63,309 nucleotides of DNA, filler included, from Trichomonas gallinae (GCA_008369845.1; 8 parts of 8 records of this genome joined end to end with filler, not necessarily neighbours in it); one strand, 5' to 3'; positions 19,691-31,508 are shown, numbered from the whole stretch's first letter. The notes: a model not told the origin generated them from the sequence alone. Program-made: numbers and translations.

Positions 19691-21205
19691 TTACACTTGT
19701 TCGATATTTTCTTCGGGATTTTCTGTATTATTATGTTCCAAAATCGGTTCAATTTGTGTATTTTCTGGAGTTTCGAATTGTTGATCCGCAAGAGTTTGTT
19801 GTTGGTCTGTTTCTGTTTGGTTTTTCTTTCCTTTCTTTCCTTTTCGCCCTTTCTTTTTCTTTTGTTTGTTCTTTGCTTTACTTGCAATTGTTTCTGTTAA
19901 TCTCGGCTGTTCTTCATCGAGTCTGACGAACTGATCAAGTCCTTTCTCTATTTTCTGCATGAATACGTTAAATGGATTTGCAGATCCGATTGTTATTTTA
20001 AGAAGTAATAAAGATATGAGTAAAACTAAGAAAAGCATTGTAACATTTCTCCTAGTACCAGAGTGTTGTGGATTTGGATATAATTCAACCAACCCATCGT
20101 CGTCATCATCGTATTTCAAACCTTCTTGGATCTTCTTAAGTCTGTTAGCTTCAGCTGCCTGACCAAAAAGAATGTTAACAATTTCTTCTTCAGCCTGGCC
20201 AAGTTGTCCCGCAGAAAATGGAACATCTAATTTTTCATAGACATTTGAAGCGAAAATCATCCAAACTTCCGAGTAAATTGTCATCCTCTTCTTCCATGGC
20301 TTCGAATCACCTCCAAAGTGAGCCGCACTTGAAAGAATTCGAGATGTTGGATGCGAAGGATCCTGTAAAATCGTGCGTTTGTATCCTCTATTTTCGTGCA
20401 TAATGACTAAAGGCATAATTGTGATATGGTTTGAGTAGTATTTTTCGAGGACTGCAGTATCATATGTTCCATATTTATGCTGATCTTTCTCTGGATTTCC
20501 GACGTAGTCGAGGCAGAGTTCTAGAAGTCGAGAGTAATCATCTAATGATGGTCTTATTAAAAGAAAATCGTGATTGAATTTATGTCCATGATCAAGTAGC
20601 GAATATTCCACCATATCATAGCCAGATGATGGTGTATCCCAGTCAAAAACGGGACTGATATCACGGAAGATCAAAGTATCGGCGCCTAAGAAACAAATTT
20701 TTTCGTATTGTGTTAATGTGTAGATTTGGAACTTAAACCAGAAATTATTTTCTGTTTTTCCTGGATGGTAGTTCGGAGGCCACTTAATATGTGGTCTAAT
20801 TATAACGTGTGTCCAAACTTTTTTAACAACACTCATCAGTTGTTCTGCTTCTGATAACTGTTGAGAAACGATTAAAACTCTGTCGTAATTTGGTGATAGC
20901 GTCATCAAAGAATATCCAAGTACCGTTAACATTTGAAGATATCCAAAATGTTCTCGGATATCTGTAGAATATACAGAAACATATGCATATCGCGATCGAG
21001 GTGGCATATCTTTCTCTCGTTTTGCTCGCAAAATATTCATATCTGTAAAATACAGATCTTCATCAAATTCTTCCTCTTCGTCTTCGTCATCTTCTTCGAG
21101 CTTGTTTTTCAACTTCCCCGATTTTTTAGGCTGCTGGACATCTTCGTTGTCCTCAGTGTCATCTGTATCAGAAAGAGAAAGAAAGATAAGAAAGAAAACA
21201 AACAT
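19691..21205 (-). CDS. Glycosyltransferase family 8 (glycogenin-like) protein with signal peptide and C-terminal TM
   Basis: YAYVS, KFQIYTLTQYEKICFLGADTLI, IRPS and HFGGDSKPW motifs; hydrophobic N-terminus; TM near residue 395. Confidence 0.85.
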   Translation of the reverse strand: MFVFFLIFLSLSDTDDTEDNEDVQQPKKSGKLKNKLEEDDEDEEEEFDEDLYFTDMNILRAKREKDMPPRSRYAYVSVYSTDIREHFGYLQMLTVLGYSLMTLSPNYDRVLIVSQQLSEAEQLMSVVKKVWTHVIIRPHIKWPPNYHPGKTENNFWFKFQIYTLTQYEKICFLGADTLIFRDISPVFDWDTPSSGYDMVEYSLLDHGHKFNHDFLLIRPSLDDYSRLLELCLDYVGNPEKDQHKYGTYDTAVLEKYYSNHITIMPLVIMHENRGYKRTILQDPSHPTSRILSSAAHFGGDSKPWKKRMTIYSEVWMIFASNVYEKLDVPFSAGQLGQAEEEIVNILFGQAAEANRLKKIQEGLKYDDDDDGLVELYPNPQHSGTRRNVTMLFLVLLISLLLLKITIGSANPFNVFMQKIEKGLDQFVRLDEEQPRLTETIASKAKNKQKKKKGRKGKKGKKNQTETDQQQTLADQQFETPENTQIEPILEHNNTENPEENIEQV

Positions 21206-21886
21206 TTTTTATAAAAAGAAAAGCAAAAACGATGTTGTAATATCTTTTAAAACCACATCCATCAACAAAACCTCAAATTTCTGGTGAAAAAATCAAAAAA
21301 ATCTTCAAAATTATTGATTTTTAAAATATAGCACTATTATCATATATAGATCTTAAATATCGTCAAATTGATTTTTTGAAATCTTAAATTTTATCTAAAA
21401 TTATTTGCAGTTTTCAGCTTTTTATTATTATTTTTAGTCAATTTTCAATATTTGGTAAAATTTAAAATCTGGGAAATTAATCCATAATATGTAATATATT
21501 TATATTTTGAATAACTTCTAATTTTAATCGAATTTCGTTATTTTTTCAATAATCTTAAATTTTGATCAATGAGTATGAAATATCATATTCAGATTCATGA
21601 AACAAAATAGAATATTTACTTTTTATTCGATTATCCACTGAATAATCAAAGAAAATATTGAATTTTATGGTTTTTGTTTAAACTCATTGAGAAATTGTTT
21701 AAAAATGTCTGGGTTTTATGTTAGTTTAGTGATAATGGCTAAAAATGGTAAATTTTTGTAAGAATTATTTTGAAGAAATAAAATTTTATTTAAAACGGTC
21801 GGCGAATGTCTCACTATGTGACAATTAATTAACAGATTTCGACAAAAACCAAAATTCAATTAAAAATAATTCTTAAACGTACACCA

Positions 21887-23371
21887 ATGAATATACCAGG
21901 TTTTCTGCAAGAGAAGGTCCTCGGCAAGGGCTCATACGGCACTGTATACAAGGCCAAGCGCATTGCTGACGGCCAGTCCTATGCAGTTAAGATCGTGAAC
22001 ACAGCTGGTATGTGCAAAAGAGAATTAGAAGATTCTGTCAACGAAATCAGGCTCATGGCATCATTTAAGTCACCGTTTATCATCAGTTTCTACGAAGCTT
22101 TTGCTTTAGAGACGCGTCTTTGCGTTATCACTGAATATGCACGTTTAGGAGATTTATCGAAACTTATCGACAGAAGGAAGAGGCAGAATCGTCCTCTTCT
22201 CGAAGATGACATCTGGAGATTCCTTTTACAGGTCACAGAAGGTCTCAAAGTCCTTCACGAGAAAGGAGTTGTTCATCGTGATATAAAAAGCGCAAATCTG
22301 TTGCTTTGTGCACCTGATCTCGTTAAAATCGGTGATCTTGGCATCAGTACAATCCTCCATCAGCACCAATTCGCTAAAACACAGATAGGAACCCCATTAT
22401 ATCTCGCTCCAGAAATTTGGAGGCGCAGACCTTACGACGCTAAGTGTGACATGTGGTCTCTTGGCGTAGTTCTCTACGAAATGCTTAATTTCTCATTTCC
22501 TTTCATTGCAAATTCAACAGAAGAATTAGGCCGCAGAATCCTTGCAGGAAGAATCGGCCCAATCAGACATGGCTATTCAGCTGAAATTCAGTCAGTTGTT
22601 TCGCTTCTTCTCCAAGCAAATCCAGACAACAGACCAACATCAGAAGAATTGATGAATTTACCATGCATGCAGAGCAGGATGCACCTAATCACACAGATGT
22701 TCGCAGAGGAGCCACAGTTCTCAAGTGACTCAGCACAGATTCTGCCTACTATCAAAGTCCCAAGGAAAATTAATCAATGCGCATTTCCACGTCCAAGTTA
22801 TGAAGAAGATAAAGAGCTTGTTCGTCCAATTGCCGAGCGTCTGCACGTCAAAGGTGGCCCAGCCACAGAGAAAGATGCAGACATGATCTCAACGAGAGAA
22901 CTCATACAGGTTGCTGATCACGATTGGTGGTCACCGAAGAAGATAAAAGTCAAAGAAGACATCGATCAAGACATGAAAGATCTCAAACTCAAAATCAGCG
23001 ACGAATTCGATGAAAGAAGGGAAAACAAGCCTCTTTCACAGAGATCACCAAATGTTCCACCTATTATACAGCCTCCTAAAGTCCCAATTATTGTTCAGCC
23101 AAGACCGAAACCGGTTAGAAACTACGTATATTATCATCGCAATGAAAACGCTCCACCACAGAATATACAGAACAGACCAGCCTACAAGCCTCAGCCACCA
23201 GCTGAGCCTAAGGCTTGGCCACCTGCTAATTACTACGGACCTCGTCCAATTCCAAAGTATCCATATCAGTATGTTAATCGCGTTGCTCCTAGAGCTTACC
23301 CTCCAAGGCAATCGAATAACAACGTCGCTCCTAGAGGACAATATAGGTTTGTGATTCCTCCTTGGGCATAA
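21887..23371 (+). CDS. NIMA-related (NEK) Ser/Thr kinase
   Basis: GKGSYG, YAVK, NEIRLMAS, HRDIKSANL, KIGDLG, TQIGTPLYLAPEIW; Pro-rich tail. Confidence 0.93.
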   Translation: MNIPGFLQEKVLGKGSYGTVYKAKRIADGQSYAVKIVNTAGMCKRELEDSVNEIRLMASFKSPFIISFYEAFALETRLCVITEYARLGDLSKLIDRRKRQNRPLLEDDIWRFLLQVTEGLKVLHEKGVVHRDIKSANLLLCAPDLVKIGDLGISTILHQHQFAKTQIGTPLYLAPEIWRRRPYDAKCDMWSLGVVLYEMLNFSFPFIANSTEELGRRILAGRIGPIRHGYSAEIQSVVSLLLQANPDNRPTSEELMNLPCMQSRMHLITQMFAEEPQFSSDSAQILPTIKVPRKINQCAFPRPSYEEDKELVRPIAERLHVKGGPATEKDADMISTRELIQVADHDWWSPKKIKVKEDIDQDMKDLKLKISDEFDERRENKPLSQRSPNVPPIIQPPKVPIIVQPRPKPVRNYVYYHRNENAPPQNIQNRPAYKPQPPAEPKAWPPANYYGPRPIPKYPYQYVNRVAPRAYPPRQSNNNVAPRGQYRFVIPPWA

Positions 23372-23883
23372 TTATTCTTATTGTTTTATTGTTGTTTATT
23401 TTTTGAATATTACTTTTTTTTTTGTATGATGTTTATTTAAAAAATATTCTTGAAATTATAGTTTTTAGCCATATACATATGGTATATTCAAAGATAATGA
23501 CTCCAACACAATATTTTCCGTTTGATTTTTCAATTTATTCAGCAAAAAATAGAAATATATAAATTATTCTCATATAAATATATTTATTTTCATACAATGA
23601 TTATATTTACAAAGTGAAAAGTGCTTACAATCAATATGCAACATTCTTGCCGATTCTTTACATCATTTTTCACGGACAAACTTTTGTTCGCAAAGATTAG
23701 ACTGACTTATAGTAAAACAATGTTTGCTATAATAGATTGATAGATCATTATGGGTATATTTATATGCATGTAACGATTTGCTTGGATTCGTGTGTTTTAG
23801 ATGAAAAAATTTTTTGATGATTTTGCAGCATCAAAAATCTAAAAGACAGGGCTCGACCAAAATTTTAAGGGGAGATTTAGTTC

Positions 23884-24669
23884 ATGAGCGAAGAAAAACA
23901 AATTGACCGCTCACAGCTCAAATGCTTCCGTGATTTATCGACTTTAACGAACAGACCGTTGAATCCGTTAAGGAGACCGAAAACTTCTCGCTTTCCAAAT
24001 ATTGCAGCACGCGATAATTCAAGATTTTTAAGAGATTTCCCGAATGTTACACCCATGAGAACGCATAATATCATACCAAGAACTAAAATATCCCATACAT
24101 ATCAAATTGTTCGTAAATCTGCCTACAAATTCAAAGGATATCGCCACGAGTTCCAATGTATTTACAACGGTGCAGAGATGTACCACGCTAAGGTCAAACC
24201 ATATGCAGACACGCATGTAATTGGCATTTCTGAAGGAACTGAATCGCATATCAAAAGTGATAACTTTGAAGCTGTTCTTTTGCATGCAAATTCATTCAGC
24301 GACTTCTCACTAAGAAAAGAAAACCAGTTCGGCGACGAATTGATGACATTTACGTTTAGAAAAGATTCAAAGCTTAAAGTTCATCCTAGGATTCTTACAG
24401 TATATTTTCAGAAACACCCTCCATCAGTTCCTGATAAACTCGAGACAATTCCTCCAATTCCGACAGATGATTTGAATTGGGAAGTTGATCTTCAATCTGA
24501 GAGCGTTATCAGCTCAATAAAGAACTGCAGACTTGAAGATGAGCATCACGGTTACTATCTTATCATCAGAAAAGTAGATAATGATATTTTAGAAGTTGAA
24601 ACAACTCTCAACATCACTGCAATTCATACATTTGCTCTCGGAATCGGCGCATTTTTATGCAAAGCTTAA
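23884..24669 (+). CDS. Tubby-like C-terminal domain protein
   Basis: HPRILTV (tubby GPRxM), SSIKNCRL (ASVKNFQL) and terminal FALGIGAF helix. Confidence 0.7.
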   Translation: MSEEKQIDRSQLKCFRDLSTLTNRPLNPLRRPKTSRFPNIAARDNSRFLRDFPNVTPMRTHNIIPRTKISHTYQIVRKSAYKFKGYRHEFQCIYNGAEMYHAKVKPYADTHVIGISEGTESHIKSDNFEAVLLHANSFSDFSLRKENQFGDELMTFTFRKDSKLKVHPRILTVYFQKHPPSVPDKLETIPPIPTDDLNWEVDLQSESVISSIKNCRLEDEHHGYYLIIRKVDNDILEVETTLNITAIHTFALGIGAFLCKA

Positions 24670-25159
24670 CAGTTCGAAAATATATATTCAATCTTATTTG
24701 GTTGCAAAAATTAATTAATGAACTTATGAAATATTATACGATATATTATATGAATGCTTATAATAAATACTTTGTTTGATTTCTTGAAAAATTCAATCAT
24801 TTCTTTAAGTTTAAGTTATAACTTATTTAATTGAGATTCAATATATTGAATGATTTCATTTGTATAGTTTTGCTTGGCTAGTTGAATAATAATCGTACTT
24901 GTCAATGATGAATTCTTTCTATAATTGATAAACAAATGCGATTGATGAAATAATTTCATGGTGACATCTGCACCATGTTCAATAAGATATTGAACGATAT
25001 CAATTTGGCAATGGATAGAGGAGACTTTTAATCAAATGACAAACAAATGTGATTGATGAATTTCTTATAATAACATTAGATTTACTTTGAGTTGATAATT
25101 AACAATAATAACAGTTTATAACAAAAATACAACATGGAATCAATATAATTACAATATAT

Positions 25160-27562
25160 CTATGGTGCCGTGGATGCCTTTATCAAGCTGTTCTGGTCCT
25201 CGTTTGAAGTAACGTTTGCCTTGACATATTCAACGAAATCTCTCCTTTTTGCGGCGATTGTTTTAATTGCAGCCTTCGCGTGCTTTCTCGTCTCTTGGTC
25301 AGCGTCTTTAACCATATATGCGAGCGGACCAAGAAGCGGTGTCGGATCATCAATTCTTTGAACTGTCTTTTCAGCACCCAAAGCAACTAAAGCTCTGCCA
25401 GACGCGTAAGGACTCTTGTGCTCTCTAGCTATAATCGCGCACTGCCTCGTGTCTGGCACATTTTCCAGAAGTGACAAGAAGCAGTCACCTGTCAGATCCT
25501 GTATGAAGTGGTGACTTCCCTGCTGCTGCATGAGCTTCAATAGCCTTGTTCCAAGGACGTCAGCCATTCCAGCGACTGATATGTCTTTGTCGCGTATCCA
25601 GTTCAAAACAAGATTGAGGGCGTTCTTGGATAAGGCTGTGCGTGTAGACTGCGCGCATTCTAGTAAAGTTGTCATCGACGTTCTTAAAGAAGACTTTATC
25701 ATGTCTTTTGGAACACATCCACCCAACATTGCTTCGATTGCTTTGTTCTGCTGCTCCCAGTCGTCGCTCTGCAAGTCTTCGAGGTACTGAGATGGAGAAG
25801 GAGTCTTTGGTGGTGCTGGCTTCGAAGAATTTCTGTCGTCGTCTCTTCTGTCCTTGGGTGTAGTTGTCCTGACAGGTCTAAGTCTTGGCTTCGGTTTTGG
25901 CTTAAGGGGAGCTGGAATTGGAGAGGCCAGGGCAGCATCTATCGCCAGGTCATCGCCTAGGTCATATGCGCCACTCGTTTTGATCGGACGTGAATCTGGA
26001 TCGTGAATCTCAACGTGAGGCTTGGCTGATTTTTTCTCTGAACGTTTTCTATCGGCTGACATATTCTCACGGCTTGAATTGTTTCCTTCTACGAGCAAAC
26101 CGTCGAGATTAACAAATCCTTTCTTTTTATTTGGAGGAATTTCAGAAGGAACATCATCGTTATCTTTGTTTTCATCATTTTGTGCCTGTATTTTCTTCTT
26201 GAGGCCAGTTCTTCTTTCCCTGAATGGATCTGTTTTCTTCTCTGGTTTGATTTCATCAAAAGCGCCCTCATCGAAGTGGCTACCTCCGAAATTAGCACTC
26301 GGAAGTTCTTCGTATTCCTTGTGAACTTTAGTTCTAATTGGTTTCGGTTGTCTAAATCCAGAACTCACAGCGGGAACTTCTTCTATTACTGCGGCATCGA
26401 AGTGTGTATGGCCGACTTTAGGCTTCGTGTCATCAAGTTGTAGGTCTGTATCGAATAATGGATTATTAATATCTGATTTAATATCTCTTGTTCTAAGTAT
26501 CGGGCCGGTTTTAGACGTGACTTTGTATCCAAAACCGGAATCAGGATCCGGTGGAACGAAATCGACCTCATCATCGTTGAATGTTGCTGGAGGCGGAACA
26601 ATTCGTTCTGGAGTTGGCAGTGAAACAGGTTCGAAATTGAAGCTGTCGTTTGTGTCTTGCCCTGGGCCGTTTGCAAATGTAGAAGTAATAGGCCTTGATT
26701 TTGATAATAATCTTCCAGCGCCTTGAGAAGGCAAAAGCGGCCTCCTATATCCTTTTTGCGACATTGCCATATTAATTTTCGCCGCCTCAACGGCACCTGC
26801 CGTATTGATTTGTCGAATAACTTGAGGCCCGAATTCTCTGTTCTTAGGAATTGCTGTTGCTGGGTTGTGTGATGACCGTCCGATCATTCTGGCAGCCGGT
26901 GATGATAATAAATTGTACAATCGATCGTATATTTCAGAAAAATTCGCTTTCAAATATTCAAGACACCACAATGCGCCTTGTTTGACATTCTCATGTTGCG
27001 TAGTTAAGCCAGTATCGAAGAATCCTGAGTAATCTAGAAGAATATTCGGATTTAACGCATTTTGTTGAATTAAATTTGGTAAAGCGCGATATAATTGCGT
27101 AAGAAGATTTGGCGGGGCGTTTGCTGATGAGCGTACAATTTCACTGAATACTGTATTTTGATCGCAAGCACGAAGTATATCGCCAATAACAGCTCCTCCG
27201 AGTTGTATGACAAATCTACGGCTATCTTTTAACTGGTCGAATGCTATCGAAACACAGAGCCTAACTGGAATAGTTCCAGACTTTTTTAATTCTGTAATTA
27301 TTTCTTCGATAATCAAAGAGCAGTTTTGCGCGACTTTTAAATTTGCGTCGGTTACGTACTGCTGGATGAAACGAAGAAATTCGTCCACATTAATCTCTTC
27401 TATCGGAATCGTAGGCACGTATTCGAGAATTTCTTGGCTTGTTTCGACTCTCTTTTGATAATCAGAAGATTGCATTTGAGCAATAGAATTGGGGGGAAGA
27501 AAGCCGAAATATTGTTGAATGTCATCGAGCTTTCCTTGTTGATTATTGGAGCTCTTCGACAT
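25160..27562 (-). CDS. TOG/CLASP-like (TOGARAM/crescerin-like) HEAT-repeat microtubule-binding protein
   Basis: N-terminal HEAT array (DANLKVAQ, QLKDSRRFV) and C-terminal array (SDDWEQQ, STRTALSKNAL, DADQETRKHAK) separated by a disordered linker. Confidence 0.7.
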   Translation of the reverse strand: MSKSSNNQQGKLDDIQQYFGFLPPNSIAQMQSSDYQKRVETSQEILEYVPTIPIEEINVDEFLRFIQQYVTDANLKVAQNCSLIIEEIITELKKSGTIPVRLCVSIAFDQLKDSRRFVIQLGGAVIGDILRACDQNTVFSEIVRSSANAPPNLLTQLYRALPNLIQQNALNPNILLDYSGFFDTGLTTQHENVKQGALWCLEYLKANFSEIYDRLYNLLSSPAARMIGRSSHNPATAIPKNREFGPQVIRQINTAGAVEAAKINMAMSQKGYRRPLLPSQGAGRLLSKSRPITSTFANGPGQDTNDSFNFEPVSLPTPERIVPPPATFNDDEVDFVPPDPDSGFGYKVTSKTGPILRTRDIKSDINNPLFDTDLQLDDTKPKVGHTHFDAAVIEEVPAVSSGFRQPKPIRTKVHKEYEELPSANFGGSHFDEGAFDEIKPEKKTDPFRERRTGLKKKIQAQNDENKDNDDVPSEIPPNKKKGFVNLDGLLVEGNNSSRENMSADRKRSEKKSAKPHVEIHDPDSRPIKTSGAYDLGDDLAIDAALASPIPAPLKPKPKPRLRPVRTTTPKDRRDDDRNSSKPAPPKTPSPSQYLEDLQSDDWEQQNKAIEAMLGGCVPKDMIKSSLRTSMTTLLECAQSTRTALSKNALNLVLNWIRDKDISVAGMADVLGTRLLKLMQQQGSHHFIQDLTGDCFLSLLENVPDTRQCAIIAREHKSPYASGRALVALGAEKTVQRIDDPTPLLGPLAYMVKDADQETRKHAKAAIKTIAAKRRDFVEYVKANVTSNEDQNSLIKASTAP

Positions 27563-28148
27563 TTTTATAAAAATTATTATTTAGGGGCTGACTTGCGCAG
27601 ACCCTTTCTAATTCTTGTGACAATTCTTTTGGCTTTTTGACATCATTTTTGTATTTATCATCATATATACATTATATTTTTAAAGTCCGGAAATGTTATT
27701 TATCGAAATATTTTTCTCTGAAAGTATGTTTCAATAAAATTTACTTTTTTCTTTTTCTAACCAATATTTTTTAAAAATAAATAATAAAAAATATAAAATA
27801 AACATTATATTATATATTTTTATTATTAATATCAATTTTTATCTTTTGAATATTTCAAAAAATGAGGGTTTTTATATACGTGGATATGAAATGTTATTGG
27901 TTTGTTTTAACGAAATTAGTCAATTTTCGAAATGTGTGGATATTAATATAATAAAGTAGTCGCGTACCATATTAGAATTTCGCATTTTTCAGATGGAAAC
28001 ATTTCATATTTTCGCCAAATCTTATAATTATTCATGAACGCCATGACAAATGAACAAATAAATCTCATTCTAGACACATAAATCAAAACTTTTGATTAAA
28101 AAACAAAAAATTATTCATCGAAATAAAATTTTAACGATAAAAACAAAT

Positions 28149-31100
28149 TTACATTTTCCGTGTTGATATTCTCAAGTATATAGGCCTGAGTGGAGAGCTA
28201 ATTTCCATTGTCTTTAGAGTTTCCTCATAATAAGCAATTTCATCTTTAATAACATCCTTTGCAGCCTTCGTTGATGTCAGGAGCTCAAACACTGTTGCTG
28301 ATTGATACTCAAGTTCAGGCAAACGAGTTATTTTCACGACTCTCATAATAATATCGCATGCATCATGTGAAATTGTCTCTCTGACTTCCGAATTGTTCAA
28401 AAGCATCTCAGCGATAACGAGTATCAGCGAAATCTTCTTAGTATCATTGATTTTGAGGATGTTTGTCATTTTGAATACTTCAGCGATTTTAGGGACAATA
28501 AGTTTCGCGCATTCTGGCATAACAGCGGTGTTCAATATAGTGATTAAAACATATTGAAGAACACTTTTGTTGATCTCACCGCTTAAAATTGTTTCAACGA
28601 TATCTACAACGAACGGATATGAGAGTTCGCTCTTTGTGAATGCTGCAATTGTCATGTAGGCAAGTTCCTGTAATTCTTCGAAACCACCGTGCACGAATTT
28701 CAAGACTTTTGGAATAAATCCGCCATCAACAACAAATTTCGTGCATTCTTTCTTCGAGCACATCAATCCAATCATTCTCAGCGATGCCTCCTGCAGGTTT
28801 GTGTTGAATGAGTCGAATGACTGATTAATGAAATTGAACAAAACATTGTTGTTCAATAATGAAGTTTCGCAGTTGTCATTTCCTCCGATTAAAACCAAGC
28901 ACTGCAGCGCTATATAGGCAGACTGTTCATCCTTGAATGTTCCCATGACGTTGAACAATGTCGGCATCAAGAAGATGAAGTCGGGCGAAGACTTGGGATT
29001 TCTCAAAAATTGGAAAACAGTTTCCAATGATTTGATTCTGATTTCGTCATTATATGCCATAATTAAATTCATGAACGCCATCTTGGAAGAAGGCTGATCG
29101 CCGATCTCAGCGTACGCAGTGTCATGCTTCATGACTATATCGAGCAGACTCAGGACTTTCATCAGGTCTTCTTCATCAGTCGCAGAGACAATGTCGCCGA
29201 AACTTCTCGTGAATTTGGAAATGAACTTGAGCGAGATCAGCCATTTCTGCAGCGCTGCGCACAAGAAGTTGATGGAAGCCTTGTTGATGTCCTGATATTT
29301 AACTGTTGCTATCTGGAGAACAGCTGTCGGTCCGTCGAATCTGCAGATTCTCTCGAAGATTCTTTCAGATTTTATTAACCTGCTCAAAAGGTCAATTGAG
29401 ACAGAAAGCATATTATATGGCATCTCAGGGACGATATTTTCTATAACTTTTGGAACAATGACACTCAAGACATCTTCGTTTTCGTAAACTTTGAGGTGAA
29501 TTATCTGCAATAATAATGTCATTATCGTTGTTCTAACTTGGATATCATTGTGAATCAAGAACGAAGATAGTTTCTCGACTTGTCTCTTGTTCAAAAGGAC
29601 GTCAGCGTTGCCTATTGATGCCTTGAGGCAAGACAGAATGGCTGGGCTGGAGGTGGTACCGTATTTCATGAAAATATTGAGGAGAGACTGAACAGCATCC
29701 ATCCTGCAAAGAATTGTGCACGCGTTTGGATTCTCGAACAAAATCGCCAAAAGCTCGAAAATTAAAATTGCTTTTTGCGGAGACTGGCATCTATTGAGGA
29801 TATCAACGATGACTTTGATGTTGTATTCAGCCATAAGAGAAGTCTTCCACTGCTGATCGCTCGAGAACTGGATGATCCTTGACAATGCTTCGAGAGATGT
29901 TATGTCTGGAAGTGCTGCTTCATCTAAAAGGGAGGAAAGGTTGTAGTCTTTCGGCGAATGTATGTTTGGAGACTCGTATTCCTCCGGGTTGGTTATGCGG
30001 TGCACGTATGACTCAACAATGTTCTCGTCGATGTCGTTCAAGTAGAGATCTTTCCTGTTCTTGAGAATCTGGCTCATTGTTGGGCGGAGATTTGGATTCG
30101 ATTCCTGGCACGACCTGATTATCTTGCAGAGCTTTAGAGTGGCTATTCTTGGAACAACTAGGCTGGACTTTTCGTGGTCTTCGACACCTGATCCATAAGT
30201 AATGATATCCCAGAGAATCGAGCCAAACATCGAAACGTTGTCTTTTTCAGAAACGCATAGAAAAGAATCAGCATCTTGAGTGATTCCGACTTCACCAATA
30301 TGCGGATAGAGATCTGAGTCCATGTATATTGTGTCTAACGACAAATTCTGGTGAATTATGTGGTTGTCGTGCAAATAAGATAATCCAAATGTGATTCCAA
30401 TGATAATGATCGTAAGTTGAGTTGTACTGAGATGTGCATCATTCAGTAAAAGCTGTGCGAGAGTTCCACTTGGCATATATTCTTTATAAATTGCATAAAA
30501 ATAATCTGTGCTGAATCCATAAAATTTTAATAGGTTCGGATGATCCAACAACGATAATGTGCGGATTTCAGATTTAAATATGTTGAATGTCGCATCACTT
30601 AATATGGTTGACGTGAATTTTTGCATTTCGATGATTTTTCCAGTTGAATTTTGGTGGACACAGTAGAGTTCAGAGTATTCATCTGATCCAATCTTCTTGT
30701 GAACTTCAAAATCTTTGCTATTTAATTTAAAAGTGGCGAAGTTCGCTAAATAACTCTCAACATCTGATGGAGTAATCGCAAAATCGTTATTTTCAGCTTT
30801 GTATTCGATTTTTCCTTGATAAGCAGTGATTAAATTTTTAATTTCTTTTGTTTGCTCCAATCCTTTCAATCTGTTAACGATACTTTCCATATCAATCGAA
30901 TTTAGCTTAAGAAGTGAAATTTCATCGAACTGAATTGGCTGAGTATCAAGAAGTGGAAATGTTTCGAGGTTTTTGTTAAAATCTTGGCAGTATTTGAATA
31001 TGATTTCAACTGCTTGGTTAGGCGGCCTAATTGATATGAAATTTAAATATTCTGACGCTGTTAATCGAGAAATAAAGTAATCAAAATCGGCAAGATAGGA

Positions 31101-31316
31101 GTTCATTCCATTAAATACATATTTATCGCATTTCTCAAACTTTTCTTGTGACTTTCGAATGTTTTCATCGTTTAATGATTGATATAGACATTTTAATCCA
31201 GTAAATATAGGAATAAGCTTCTCCTTGTGTATATAAACGTCCCGAGATTTTCTAATCAATGCATGGAGCTTGCTTTTCAAGCCCTGTATTGCTTCGCGAA
31301 TCTCTGGTGAAATCAT
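28149..31316 (-). CDS. TKL-family pseudokinase with C-terminal ARM/HEAT repeats
   Basis: Kinase fold cues (EIRTLSLLDHPNLLKFYG, GLSYLH, PNLRPTM) with degenerate catalytic motifs; helical repeat C-terminus. First ATG is at 31316. Confidence 0.85.
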   Translation of the reverse strand: MISPEIREAIQGLKSKLHALIRKSRDVYIHKEKLIPIFTGLKCLYQSLNDENIRKSQEKFEKCDKYVFNGMNSYLADFDYFISRLTASEYLNFISIRPPNQAVEIIFKYCQDFNKNLETFPLLDTQPIQFDEISLLKLNSIDMESIVNRLKGLEQTKEIKNLITAYQGKIEYKAENNDFAITPSDVESYLANFATFKLNSKDFEVHKKIGSDEYSELYCVHQNSTGKIIEMQKFTSTILSDATFNIFKSEIRTLSLLDHPNLLKFYGFSTDYFYAIYKEYMPSGTLAQLLLNDAHLSTTQLTIIIIGITFGLSYLHDNHIIHQNLSLDTIYMDSDLYPHIGEVGITQDADSFLCVSEKDNVSMFGSILWDIITYGSGVEDHEKSSLVVPRIATLKLCKIIRSCQESNPNLRPTMSQILKNRKDLYLNDIDENIVESYVHRITNPEEYESPNIHSPKDYNLSSLLDEAALPDITSLEALSRIIQFSSDQQWKTSLMAEYNIKVIVDILNRCQSPQKAILIFELLAILFENPNACTILCRMDAVQSLLNIFMKYGTTSSPAILSCLKASIGNADVLLNKRQVEKLSSFLIHNDIQVRTTIMTLLLQIIHLKVYENEDVLSVIVPKVIENIVPEMPYNMLSVSIDLLSRLIKSERIFERICRFDGPTAVLQIATVKYQDINKASINFLCAALQKWLISLKFISKFTRSFGDIVSATDEEDLMKVLSLLDIVMKHDTAYAEIGDQPSSKMAFMNLIMAYNDEIRIKSLETVFQFLRNPKSSPDFIFLMPTLFNVMGTFKDEQSAYIALQCLVLIGGNDNCETSLLNNNVLFNFINQSFDSFNTNLQEASLRMIGLMCSKKECTKFVVDGGFIPKVLKFVHGGFEELQELAYMTIAAFTKSELSYPFVVDIVETILSGEINKSVLQYVLITILNTAVMPECAKLIVPKIAEVFKMTNILKINDTKKISLILVIAEMLLNNSEVRETISHDACDIIMRVVKITRLPELEYQSATVFELLTSTKAAKDVIKDEIAYYEETLKTMEISSPLRPIYLRISTRKM

Positions 31317-31508
31317 TTTATAAAAAATTGATGACAAAATCTTAATTTTATCATAAATTCTGCATCAACGCGAACTACTTAACCAAATAAGAAAATTTTC
31401 CATTTTATTTCTTAAAATTATTTGAAAATGTCCGGAAACTTAATGTTTGCCTAAGAATAAGCTAAAAATCATAAATTTCACATTTTTATGAATTTTGACA
31501 ATAAAATA

